Shown here one piece after another: positions 17,462 to 26,556 of a stretch of DNA of 64,000 bases. The notes beneath the pieces are model-generated. The model worked only from the letters and a program-made list of their open reading frames with translations. It ran no database searches and was not told the origin of the DNA. Both the position numbers and the translations under genes were made by a program. The stretch is from a virus (Duplodnaviria > Caudoviricetes), in the IMG/VR virus record IMGVR_UViG_3300033067_001005, positions 11,545 to 75,544 of that record. One strand, 5' to 3'. The first letter of the stretch is position 1, and each line of letters starts with the position of its first letter.

Positions 17462-18952
17462 GTGGCAGGCAGCGTGAAAGGCTCTCTAGTAACATCACTG
17501 CGTTCTAGACTAAGCGACGAGCGACCCTCGTCGATAGCCCTCACGCTGTCTGCTTCCGGTTGTAAAAGCGCCGTAGCTGACATTAGCAACGGCTTTCTGA
17601 ACATCTCGATTACTGGCGGAACAGGACCTATCAAGTCCGTTCGCTTTGACCTAGACCTTCCCAAGTACTCTACTGTGGGAAGACTAATCTCCGAGCTATC
17701 GTCTGCACCTGGAATCAAGGTAGACGCCGGAGACGCTTCTGATAGGGAATTCCCCTCTTCTGAGCTTGTAATGGACGGGATGCCGGAGATCGGGCCTCAA
17801 GGTAAGGCCACCGCCCTGCGCCACTACATGTTCTCGGACAGAGAACTGGCTAGCTTCCTGGAAGAAGCCTGTCAGGTTCATAATCCCAACTACGCTCCGT
17901 CCAACGTACCCATCGCCGAACACCCCTACGTGGTGAAGAAGGCGGCTGCGGCTGCCTACCGTGCGCTGGCTGCTAATGCGGCAAAGAGACGTGGTCTAGA
18001 GATGGACGTAGACTCGTGCCTGAAGCTGGCGCGAGACCTAGAGGACCAATACGCTAAAGACTTGAAGGTGCAGCTTCGCGCTGTGCCCGTCCCCAAGGTG
18101 GACGACTCCTATGTTGGCTCCGGCCACATCATGGAGGGGAAGCTTTTCCGGCGCTCCCTACGCACTGGTCTGCCCTCTAGCATCAAGCTGGGTGGAGACC
18201 TGCCCGCCCCCGACCTGTTCAATCCGGCGGATGACGACGTAGAGGACGTGTTCGTTAGACTGCGGTGGAACATCAACAAAGACGATCGCTTCATGCGATA
18301 CGAGCTTTGGAGAGATACCCTGCCCGAGGTAGAGCGGAGCCTGGGAGGCACTCTAGACGCTTCCTACGTGAGCCCTAGCCTTCCAGAGAACACGCAGTAC
18401 TCCAAGCCGAGCACCTCTAAGCAGGTGCTAATCATCTACGGAAGCGCGCGGACCACCATCTTCGCTGAGAACAAGGATACGATGGTCACATCATCCTTCG
18501 TCGACGGCCAGACTGGAGACCGCACCTACGGGAACGCGCGGACCATCGGAGAGCCTCTAGAGTCTGAGATGGACTACTACTACCGGCTGTACAGCGTCTC
18601 CAGAACTGGAGAGGTCGTCGGCTCGGAAGTCATCCACGTGAAGACGAAGAAGCAGCGTGGCCTGTTCAAGCGCACGAGCGCCGGTCTCCTGGACCCAACG
18701 GGCTTTTCTGTCGCCTCCGGCCCTCTCGCGGGCGGAACGACCGTTACGATTACTGGAACGGGATTCGAGGCAGGGGTAACCGTCACCATCGGCGGAAAGC
18801 TCGCAACTATCGTCTCCGTCAATAGCACTACTATCGTGCTGACGACCCCAGCCTTTAGCAACAGGTCGTTCATCGGGAAGCCGCTGGACATCATCGTGAC
18901 GAGTCCTAACGGCCTGAAGGACATCGCCAAGGCTGCCTGGGCTTACACATGA
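17462..18952 (+). CDS. head-tail connector/neck protein with Fn3-like and IPT/TIG domains
   Basis: FSDREL..FL adaptor-like segment; VRLRW...RYELWRD...YYYRLYSV (Fn3-like); GP.AGGT.VTITGTGF...V.IGG (IPT/TIG). Confidence 0.65.
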   Translation: MAGSVKGSLVTSLRSRLSDERPSSIALTLSASGCKSAVADISNGFLNISITGGTGPIKSVRFDLDLPKYSTVGRLISELSSAPGIKVDAGDASDREFPSSELVMDGMPEIGPQGKATALRHYMFSDRELASFLEEACQVHNPNYAPSNVPIAEHPYVVKKAAAAAYRALAANAAKRRGLEMDVDSCLKLARDLEDQYAKDLKVQLRAVPVPKVDDSYVGSGHIMEGKLFRRSLRTGLPSSIKLGGDLPAPDLFNPADDDVEDVFVRLRWNINKDDRFMRYELWRDTLPEVERSLGGTLDASYVSPSLPENTQYSKPSTSKQVLIIYGSARTTIFAENKDTMVTSSFVDGQTGDRTYGNARTIGEPLESEMDYYYRLYSVSRTGEVVGSEVIHVKTKKQRGLFKRTSAGLLDPTGFSVASGPLAGGTTVTITGTGFEAGVTVTIGGKLATIVSVNSTTIVLTTPAFSNRSFIGKPLDIIVTSPNGLKDIAKAAWAYT

Positions 18953-19365
18953 TACAAGTCAAATTCAGAGCCTCTAACGACCTTGTAGAAACGGCACACC
19001 TCAGGCTCGCGGTCGTAGCTGACCGTGAGCTTCGTCGTTTCGCCGATGCTAAAGTCAAATGGCTAAAGGCCTTCATCCTTAGCAACATGGTGCATCCGCA
19101 CAAGCTGCATGACGATGGGAAGCCCACGCTGTTCGACTCCGGCAAGTACCTTAGAGGCATCAAGGCTACCGTCGAAAACGGGAACCTAGAGATAAAGCCT
19201 ACTGGGAACAATGACCACATGAGCAACGAGGCACTCGGTGAGCTACTAGAATGGGGCGCCAAAGGCTACCCGGCTAGACCGCACTGGCGCATCCTCGGAC
19301 TCGAGGTCAACAACTCCCTAGAGGCACTGGGAAGAGACATCTTCAAGGCGCTACTGGAGAGCTAA
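18949..19365 (+). CDS. neck/tail completion protein (HK97 gp10-like)
   Basis: TL.DSG.Y...I and LEWG...YPARPHW motifs. Confidence 0.6.
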   Translation: MIQVKFRASNDLVETAHLRLAVVADRELRRFADAKVKWLKAFILSNMVHPHKLHDDGKPTLFDSGKYLRGIKATVENGNLEIKPTGNNDHMSNEALGELLEWGAKGYPARPHWRILGLEVNNSLEALGRDIFKALLES

Positions 19366-20096
19366 TGGCCTACATCGGTATCCTAGAAGCCTTTAGAGCT
19401 AGACTGGAAGGCCAGGACCCGAAGTACGTACCTCGGCTGCCTTCTACTCCGCTGAAGGATGACCCTCGCATCGCTGCCGAAGTCGACGGAGGGGCTGTAG
19501 CCGGCGGAGCAGGCTCCACGGTCAACGTGAATGGGCTCACCATCAACATCGCAGATGATGACGACAGCGGGCAATGGAGTGTAGAGCTGTGGCCAATGAT
19601 TACGTACAGGGTCGTGGCCAACAACCCCCGCTACAACGAATGGATTTCTAATACAGACCCAGAGCAGGGTATCGGCGACGGCTACCAGATCCCCATAGAG
19701 ACCTCTTCGCAGGAACTCAAAGAAGGGAAGTTCAGCCTGGGAAGCAGCCCTCGCCTCTTCAAGACCCGCCCTGTCGAGATTCCCATAGACTTCCTCGTTG
19801 AAGTCAAACTAATGGCCAACAACAACATCACGTCGGCCCTCCTCGTTGACTACGTCTACAGAGTTCTACCTCCACGAAGCTTCATCCGCGTGCCGATGAA
19901 GGACGGTACGTTCGCCTCTTGGGACCTTGATATGCAAGACTTCAAGGACCTGGATGTACGGTCGGCTGTGCTCTCTGGCAATGCCGAGAAGGAATACGCT
20001 AAGGTCTTCACGTACCGTGTCGAGGGCTACCTAGACAACACAGACCTAGCGAAAATTAGCAGCCGCGTTAGAAAGGTTTCCATCAACGTAACCTGA
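19365..20096 (+). CDS. putative tail terminator
   Basis: position before sheath; WPMITY and FTYRVEGYLD patterns. Confidence 0.55.
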   Translation: MAYIGILEAFRARLEGQDPKYVPRLPSTPLKDDPRIAAEVDGGAVAGGAGSTVNVNGLTINIADDDDSGQWSVELWPMITYRVVANNPRYNEWISNTDPEQGIGDGYQIPIETSSQELKEGKFSLGSSPRLFKTRPVEIPIDFLVEVKLMANNNITSALLVDYVYRVLPPRSFIRVPMKDGTFASWDLDMQDFKDLDVRSAVLSGNAEKEYAKVFTYRVEGYLDNTDLAKISSRVRKVSINVT

Positions 20097-20105
20097 GAGG
20101 ACGAC

Positions 20106-20330
20106 ATGCCTACCATTAGAAGCAACTACAGCCGTTACGTAGAAGTCCATCTGGAGACTGAGTGCGTCACTCTCAATCCAGGTGACTCCCATTCGTTTAC
20201 GGGGCCTGTGACGCCCCACCTACAGGAGCTAATTGCTTCTAATATGGTTACGCTGGTTCAAGATGAGCCCGAAGCGGAGCCTGTTCCCATCACCAAGCCC
20301 GGCGTTCACGCTGAAGAGGAGAGTGTCTAA
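20106..20330 (+). CDS. small tail-module hypothetical protein
   Basis: SD GAGG; coupled to sheath. Confidence 0.55.
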   Translation: MPTIRSNYSRYVEVHLETECVTLNPGDSHSFTGPVTPHLQELIASNMVTLVQDEPEAEPVPITKPGVHAEEESV

Positions 20331-22081
20331 TGGCTACTGAGAACTTCGACGCACCTGGCGTAAGCGCCAGAGTCGGAAGAGCTGCCGTCCCCGTAATCCA
20401 GGCCTCGCCTGTGAGCATCGGCGGGTTCATCATGTACGCAACGAAGGGTCCGCACGACAAGGCCGTCCGCGTCGACAGCTTCGCCAAGTTCGTCCGCATC
20501 TTCGGCTCCTATGACACGAACACGTACGGGCCTGATGCGGTCCGCGCGTTCTTCGACAACGGGGGCAGAGCCTGCTGGATCGTCCGCATCACTAGAAGCG
20601 GCGGCTCCGGTTCCAACGTGAAGGCCACCTTCACCCTTCAGAGCGCAGCGCTTGCTAACACGATGGTCTGCACGGCTGTCGGCTACGGCGTGTCCGGCAA
20701 CGGCATGAAGGTAGTGGCGGCGAAGGAAGACACCAAACTGGGACTAATCGGAGCTGTAACGGCTACTGGTGCGCAGACCGTCATCAACTGCTCGTCTGCC
20801 ATTGCTGCCAAGCTACGCGTGGGTGACCAGATCGCCATCACGGAAGGCACTACGCAGCGCGGCATCGTCTCGCGCATCGACGACACCAAGATCATCCTAG
20901 TAGCGTCTGTGACTGTCCCCGCGGGCGGCTACAATACGACTACGACGATCATCACTAAGGAAACCTTCTCCATTACGGTGTATGACCAGGGCGTTGTCGT
21001 CGCTGGTCCTTATCGTAACCTGGCGATGTCCAGCCTAAGCCTGAAGGACTACTTCCTAACGCGGCTGAACACGACGGATGACGAGAACCCGGTAACGTTC
21101 ACTGACTCTGGCCTCTCCATGGCTGGCGGCGTGGATACTCGCCCCGTCAATACCGTTTCCGGCGGCGACATGCTCGTAGGTGGCTCTGAGATGACCCAAT
21201 CGGCTGATGCCGATTACAAGGGCTCTTCGGCTACGTCTACCGGCGTCTATGCCTTCGACAAGGTTGCCTCTGGGCAGGTCAACATCCTCGCCATTCCGGG
21301 CGTAACTGGCACCAGCGGCGCCGTCTCCAAGGCTCTAGTGGAATACTGTGCTGGCAGAGAAGACGTTCACTGCGTCATCTCTCCTGCACTGGCTACTGCG
21401 GTATCCGCGGCTGTCACGTACAAGCAGGACAATATCGGAGCCTACCGCTTCGGCGCGATGTACTACCCCTGGGTGCAGATCCTGGACCCGATCAGCGGGC
21501 AGCCTGCTTACGTGCCGCCGGACGGCTACGTCATGGGTCTGTACGCTCGTACGGATAGAAAGCGCGGCGTACAGAAGGCTCCTGCTGGCGAGGCAGAGGC
21601 TCTAGTAGGTACCATCGGTGTGGAGAGAAAGCTCTCTAGAGATGACCGTGGCACCCTCTACACGGTCAACATCAACCCCATCGAAGACATTGCCGGCAAG
21701 GGGCAATGCGTCATGGGAAGCCGCACTCTGGAGAAGGGCCTGTACGGACAGGTCTCCGTCTCTAGAACGTATACCTACCTGGCTGTGACGCTTCGTGAAG
21801 GCACCCGCTGGGTCATCTTCGAGCCGAACAACGAGGACACCCGCGCTCGCTTGCGCCGGTCCGTCTCCGACTACCTAGAGCGCGAATGGAGAAAGAACCT
21901 TCTAAACGGTGATACCGTTGACCAGGCGTTCTACTGCATCTGCGATGCCAGCAACAACCCCGATGTCATCGTCAAGGCCCAGCAGATGGTTGCCGATGTC
22001 GGTGTGAACGTGCCGGACGTCACCGAGAACCTAGTAATCAACATCAGCCAGGACCAGCGCGGTTCTAGCGCTGCGGCCTAA
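20330..22081 (+). CDS. tail sheath protein
   Basis: APGVS, F...FG, AFFDNGG..CWIVR, YYPW, PP.G...G.YAR.D..RGV.KAPA, WVIFEPN motifs. Confidence 0.95.
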   Translation: MATENFDAPGVSARVGRAAVPVIQASPVSIGGFIMYATKGPHDKAVRVDSFAKFVRIFGSYDTNTYGPDAVRAFFDNGGRACWIVRITRSGGSGSNVKATFTLQSAALANTMVCTAVGYGVSGNGMKVVAAKEDTKLGLIGAVTATGAQTVINCSSAIAAKLRVGDQIAITEGTTQRGIVSRIDDTKIILVASVTVPAGGYNTTTTIITKETFSITVYDQGVVVAGPYRNLAMSSLSLKDYFLTRLNTTDDENPVTFTDSGLSMAGGVDTRPVNTVSGGDMLVGGSEMTQSADADYKGSSATSTGVYAFDKVASGQVNILAIPGVTGTSGAVSKALVEYCAGREDVHCVISPALATAVSAAVTYKQDNIGAYRFGAMYYPWVQILDPISGQPAYVPPDGYVMGLYARTDRKRGVQKAPAGEAEALVGTIGVERKLSRDDRGTLYTVNINPIEDIAGKGQCVMGSRTLEKGLYGQVSVSRTYTYLAVTLREGTRWVIFEPNNEDTRARLRRSVSDYLEREWRKNLLNGDTVDQAFYCICDASNNPDVIVKAQQMVADVGVNVPDVTENLVINISQDQRGSSAAA

Positions 22082-22091
22082 AGAGGACCCA

Positions 22092-22613
22092 ATGCTGCAC
22101 TCGCTTCCTGGATTCCGTGAATTTCTAGCAACGTTCGGTAGAACCTCGCAAGAGGACCCTCTAAAGACCTTCGCCTACCGCGTGGAGATTGACAACTTCG
22201 CGCGCATGGGCTTCTCCAAGGTCACCGGACTAAAGCCTAAGGTAGACGTTGTCACGTACCGTGAGGGCGGCGACAATACTACCGAGAAGAAGAGCCCCGG
22301 CATGACCAAGTGGGATGACCTCACGCTAGAGCGTGGTATTATCGTCGCCACTGGAGCCGGCGATAGAGACTTCGTCCTCTGGTTCGCGCAGGTCTACGAC
22401 GTGGGCGCGAAGAAGGTCGGAGCTAAGTCTGACTTCAGACGCAACATCGATATCGTGCTCCTCGACAGAGAGGGCAAGACCGCGAAACGTTGGCGCGTCC
22501 TGGAGGCCTGGCCTAGTGGTGGCGTACTTCTGCCCGACCTCGACGCACTGGGCAGCAACAACGCGATCGAATCGCTTACGATTACGCACGAGGGCGCTCG
22601 GGAAATCCTGTAA
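22092..22613 (+). CDS. tail tube protein (T4 gp19-like) with a 15-aa N-terminal extension ending FLATF
   Basis: DP..F.YRVEI, GFSKVTGL, YREGG, PG..K..D.TLERG, RR.I.I.L.D, W...AWP motifs. Confidence 0.93.
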   Translation: MLHSLPGFREFLATFGRTSQEDPLKTFAYRVEIDNFARMGFSKVTGLKPKVDVVTYREGGDNTTEKKSPGMTKWDDLTLERGIIVATGAGDRDFVLWFAQVYDVGAKKVGAKSDFRRNIDIVLLDREGKTAKRWRVLEAWPSGGVLLPDLDALGSNNAIESLTITHEGAREIL

Positions 22614-22651
22614 GCCACTGGTGCAGAAACCTACAACCTGAGGTACGATAA

Positions 22652-22689
22652 GGGCCAGGCTTCGCTGAATGCGAGGTTCTGGCCTTTTT
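22652..22689 (+). terminator. rho-independent terminator after sheath/tube
   Basis: GGGCCAGGCTTCGC-tgaat-GCGAGGTTCTGGCC stem-loop followed by TTTTT. Confidence 0.6.
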
Positions 22690-22707
22690 CGTATCTGGAG
22701 GTTTCTA

Positions 22708-23541
22708 ATGGCTGAATTCAAGCTTCCTAACGGTGTTCGCATCGGCGGGGAACTGTTCCGTAACGTAGAACTTCGTAAGCTCAAGGGGCGTGACGAGGAC
22801 TTCCTACGCGACAAGTCTAATATCAGAGAAGGGGCTGTAATGGCCAAGCTCGTCAAGGGCGCCATTACCAAGCTAGGACCACTAGTACCAGGCTCTAACG
22901 CGGAAGACAACGAGCGGTTCAACATCGCCTTCGACCGCATGTTCCAGGCGGACCTTACCTACCTTCTAATCATGCTGAGAGTCACTACTCTTGGCGGCAT
23001 CTATCGCTTCAGCGTTTCTTGCCCCGTCTGCGAAGCTAAGAGTCAGCAGAGCATCGATATGTTGGCGGAGCTGAAGATCGACGAGATCGCGGAGGAGTAC
23101 GCAGACCTGGACTCCTACACCGCAACCGTGGACGGTAAGTCGATCCTGTTCGATGCTCTGCGCGTGAAGCACTTCAGTCGTCTAGAGGCCATCCAGCGGG
23201 ATAAGAAGAACGAAATCTCTTCTTCCGAGCTGGTCGTACAGCTGAAGGCGATCGACGGCGAGCAGGTCACCATGGAGAGCGTCAAGGAACTCGACTGGGG
23301 CTTCCGTAATGACATTAGAACCAAGATGGACGAGTTCAGCGGCGGCATCGATACTAACCTGGAGATCGAATGCCCCACCTGCGGAACTGAGTTCATCCGG
23401 CTAATGCCGCTGGAGAGCGGAAGTTTTTTCTTCCCGAAGGGAACGGCTTCACCCAAGACGAGACAGGCCAAGTCTTCCCGAAACTCTGGTACGACGTTGC
23501 GCTCCTGGCTACAAGATGGGGCTGGTCTCATAAAGACGTAA
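22708..23541 (+). CDS. tail assembly chaperone (G-type)
   Basis: F.LP.G, L.G.DE, D..YLL..LR..T.G, CP.C...CP.C and FFFP motifs; between tube and tape measure. Confidence 0.85.
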   Translation: MAEFKLPNGVRIGGELFRNVELRKLKGRDEDFLRDKSNIREGAVMAKLVKGAITKLGPLVPGSNAEDNERFNIAFDRMFQADLTYLLIMLRVTTLGGIYRFSVSCPVCEAKSQQSIDMLAELKIDEIAEEYADLDSYTATVDGKSILFDALRVKHFSRLEAIQRDKKNEISSSELVVQLKAIDGEQVTMESVKELDWGFRNDIRTKMDEFSGGIDTNLEIECPTCGTEFIRLMPLESGSFFFPKGTASPKTRQAKSSRNSGTTLRSWLQDGAGLIKT

Positions 23542-23639
23542 TGGAACTGGACCTAGACGAACGCCTCTACTACGTGAAGCTGGCTGAGAGACAAGTCCAG
23601 TCAGAGCAGGATGCGGCGGCAGAGGCCAAAAAGAGATAA
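23424..23639 (+). other. programmed -1 ribosomal frameshift site and GT-type extension
   Basis: T TTT TTC slippery heptamer in frame at 23424-23430; -1 frame open to TAA 23637-39 and encodes LWYDVALLATRWGWSHKDVMEL..DERLYY, typical of the T segment. Confidence 0.8.
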
Positions 23640-23647
23640 GAGGACAG

Positions 23648-25987
23648 ATGGCCACGAAATACACCCTAGACATGGACGTTTCGGGTAACGCGAAGAAGGA
23701 ACTAGAGAACATCTCTAAGTCCATCGGGGACATTCGTGGCCAGGCTGGCCAGCTCTCCAGCATGGGCGACAGCATGGGCAAGGCGATGGACCAAGTTGCG
23801 TCTAATACGCGTACTGCGGCCATCGCTGCCGTTGCCCAGCAGATTCAGGGCCTGTCGCAGAAGTTCGTGGAGCTTTCCGACACCGTTAGAACGCGGGGTA
23901 AGGAATTCATCCAAGACATCTTTACTGAGACAGCTGCCTTTCAGGATACACAAGCAGACCTGAAGTTCGCATTCGGCAGCCAATGGGAATCTGTCTATGA
24001 CGAGGTTCTAAAGGATTCAGCGAAACTGACCTTCAGCTTCCAGGACGTTGCGCAGCTAGCGTCAGGTCTCGGCCGCATGAAGATCAACCCCTTCGGCGGC
24101 GTAGACGAGTCCAGTCAGAAGTTCCTGTCTAAGACCGGAGAATACGTAAGAGCCCTAGAAGTCATTCAGGATGCTGCCGACGCTTCTGGAAGAGACTCTC
24201 AGAAGTTTATGTTCTCTCTCCGTGAAGCCATCTCTGGAGACATGAAATCCATCAGAGACGCTCTAGACCTACCTAAAGAGGTCACGGAGAAGTGGAAAAA
24301 GGCCATTGATGCTGCTAAGGACCCCCAAGCAAAGTACAACACGATGATCAAGGAACTGGCTACTCTGTATGGAGGAGCCGGTGCTCTAAAGGCGCAGAAT
24401 TGGAATAAGACCATGGCGCAGATTCCTGACCTGCTACAGCAGATCAAGGCTGCCGCTGGAGCCGAAGGCATAAAGTACCTGACGGCTGACATGGCCGAAT
24501 TCGTGGATGTACTGGGTGACATCGCTAAGGATAAGGACATCATGAAGGCTCTAGCAGAGGGCTTCACGATCCTAATCTACCCGATTCGCCTAGCAGTACA
24601 ATGGGGCACCAAGCTCGTGGGCTTCCTGGGAGACCTCGTAAAGCAATACCCGTGGCTTCCCAAGGTCGTAGCTATCTTCGTGGCTTTCAACGCGGCTGTG
24701 CTAATCCTCGTGGGCTCTTTCGCCGGCCTCATCCTGGCCATCGGCGGCGTGATTGCTGGTGTCATGGCAATCGGCTCCGAGGTGCTGCTCCCACTGTTGG
24801 CAGCTTCTGTATTCCTGCTACCTCTAATGGTGCTACTGGGCGTCGTACTGATGTCCATCGGGCTGGGTATCAAATCCATCTCTGACACCTCCAAGCGAGA
24901 GCTACAGACACCAATCAGCATGTTCGAGAAGATCAAGGTAGTCTTCTCCGCGCTGTACGAGATGATTAGCACCTTCAACGGCACCACTTCGGAGATGTCG
25001 ATTGAGACCTACAACGCTCTAAAGAAGTCGGGCATGGAAGGCTTCGTCGACGGCGTAATGAAGGTGTGGCTACGGCTCAATCAGCTGTGGGATGGCTTCA
25101 CTGCCACGATGGACGACCTATCTCTGAGCGTGGGTCCCACGGCACTGGAGCTTCTAGGAGAGCTGAAAAAAGCCTTTCTATTGTTCGCTGACATGTTGGG
25201 TCTAACGACTCTGCAAACGGCAGCAACCAACAAGTCTGGAAAAGACTGGGCGAACACCGGAAGAGACATCGCCACCTCTCTAATCGTCATCACGAAGATG
25301 ATGCTTGGCCTGATGACCACTGCCATAAAGGTCTTCAACTGGATGATGGAATGGAAGATCATCCATGGTCTTCTAATCGCCATCGGCGGGCTTCTGGCTA
25401 TGGCTACCGTGGCCGTTATTGCCCTAACAGCTGCTGGTATGCTCCTCATGGCTCCGTTCATGGCACTAGCACTCATCGTCGGCGGAATCGTTATGGGCAT
25501 CGTCATGGCGATCGAGAAGGTGATAGAGCTGAAGAAGCTGGCTGAAGACAAGAACAAGACGAAGGATCAGCTTCTAAAAGAAGGCAATGCAGCCAATACC
25601 GTCGCTAATAGCGAGATGGAGAAGCTCAAGGCCGAGAAGGACCGAAGAGCCAAGGCCGGGTTGGCACCTCTAACGTGGGAAGAGCAGGAGAAGCTACTCG
25701 GTAGAGAGACTCCAAAGGCCAAGGCCGAGAAGATGGCGGCGATGGGAGGCATTCCTGCGGAGCAGCTAAACGCTGCTGGTGTAAAGCTGGAGAAGGCTGG
25801 AACCAGCTTCGACTGGAACCAGCTGGCGGCACAGCAGGGGGCTGGTAACGGCCCTGTAACTCTATCCCCCGAATCCATCCAAGCACTGGCAGGCGCTATG
25901 TCCAAGCTACCTGCACCCCAGGTCAACGTGGAGCACATCGCTAAGGCCACCAATAAGGCTAACGTTTCCGTCAATGGAGGCTTCTAA
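23648..25987 (+). CDS. tape measure protein
   Basis: 779 aa helical Ala/Gly-rich protein with hydrophobic stretches, downstream of the chaperone. Confidence 0.9.
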   Translation: MATKYTLDMDVSGNAKKELENISKSIGDIRGQAGQLSSMGDSMGKAMDQVASNTRTAAIAAVAQQIQGLSQKFVELSDTVRTRGKEFIQDIFTETAAFQDTQADLKFAFGSQWESVYDEVLKDSAKLTFSFQDVAQLASGLGRMKINPFGGVDESSQKFLSKTGEYVRALEVIQDAADASGRDSQKFMFSLREAISGDMKSIRDALDLPKEVTEKWKKAIDAAKDPQAKYNTMIKELATLYGGAGALKAQNWNKTMAQIPDLLQQIKAAAGAEGIKYLTADMAEFVDVLGDIAKDKDIMKALAEGFTILIYPIRLAVQWGTKLVGFLGDLVKQYPWLPKVVAIFVAFNAAVLILVGSFAGLILAIGGVIAGVMAIGSEVLLPLLAASVFLLPLMVLLGVVLMSIGLGIKSISDTSKRELQTPISMFEKIKVVFSALYEMISTFNGTTSEMSIETYNALKKSGMEGFVDGVMKVWLRLNQLWDGFTATMDDLSLSVGPTALELLGELKKAFLLFADMLGLTTLQTAATNKSGKDWANTGRDIATSLIVITKMMLGLMTTAIKVFNWMMEWKIIHGLLIAIGGLLAMATVAVIALTAAGMLLMAPFMALALIVGGIVMGIVMAIEKVIELKKLAEDKNKTKDQLLKEGNAANTVANSEMEKLKAEKDRRAKAGLAPLTWEEQEKLLGRETPKAKAEKMAAMGGIPAEQLNAAGVKLEKAGTSFDWNQLAAQQGAGNGPVTLSPESIQALAGAMSKLPAPQVNVEHIAKATNKANVSVNGGF

Positions 25988-26556
25988 TGGCAGGAGTAGA
26001 CTTCTCCGCCCCCAAGGTCAGACGGGGACGGCTAACCAACCAGCGCAACGGGGAGGCCGTTCCCTTCCTCTACAACCCGACCTCAATCAAAGAGAAGCTC
26101 CCGGTCAACTACGTAGAGGACAACATCCCGGGAGCGTCAGACCCTCTAATCAGCTTTGCCTCAGGTGGCGCAAAGGAAATCTCGTTCACGCTCACGCTGT
26201 GCGGGGAGTCCAGCTTGCGCCGCCGTAAAGGGCAGATTCTGAACGCTGCTAGAGGTGACGTGGAGATCCTGTCTGGGGATGACTTCTCTATCGCGGGAGA
26301 GATCGACTTCTTTAGGCAGTTTGCCTATCCGACCGACCCTAAGGACAGCCAAGCAGACGGCGCACCAGATCGAGTAGTGCTGACGTTCGGCAGACTCTAT
26401 GACGGCGTCGTCTGTACCATCCACAACATCGACTTGGACATCACCGAGTTCTCTCCTGGACTGGACCCGACCAAGGCAACTGTGGCTCTGACCATGAAAA
26501 GGTACGTAACCAAGAGTGTCTTTTCTAATCAGATTTTCTTGAGGGGAGGTGGCTAA
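25987..26556 (+). CDS. tail tube initiator/baseplate-proximal tube protein
   Basis: F.YNP..I.E...VNY...IPG...P..F..GG...ISF.L and P.RV..TFG motifs. Confidence 0.75.
   Translation: MAGVDFSAPKVRRGRLTNQRNGEAVPFLYNPTSIKEKLPVNYVEDNIPGASDPLISFASGGAKEISFTLTLCGESSLRRRKGQILNAARGDVEILSGDDFSIAGEIDFFRQFAYPTDPKDSQADGAPDRVVLTFGRLYDGVVCTIHNIDLDITEFSPGLDPTKATVALTMKRYVTKSVFSNQIFLRGGG

Noticed and set aside
22621-22649. Possible promoter GTGCAG-N17-TACGAT after the tube gene
   Set aside because: Weak -35 match and it lies directly upstream of a terminator-like hairpin.
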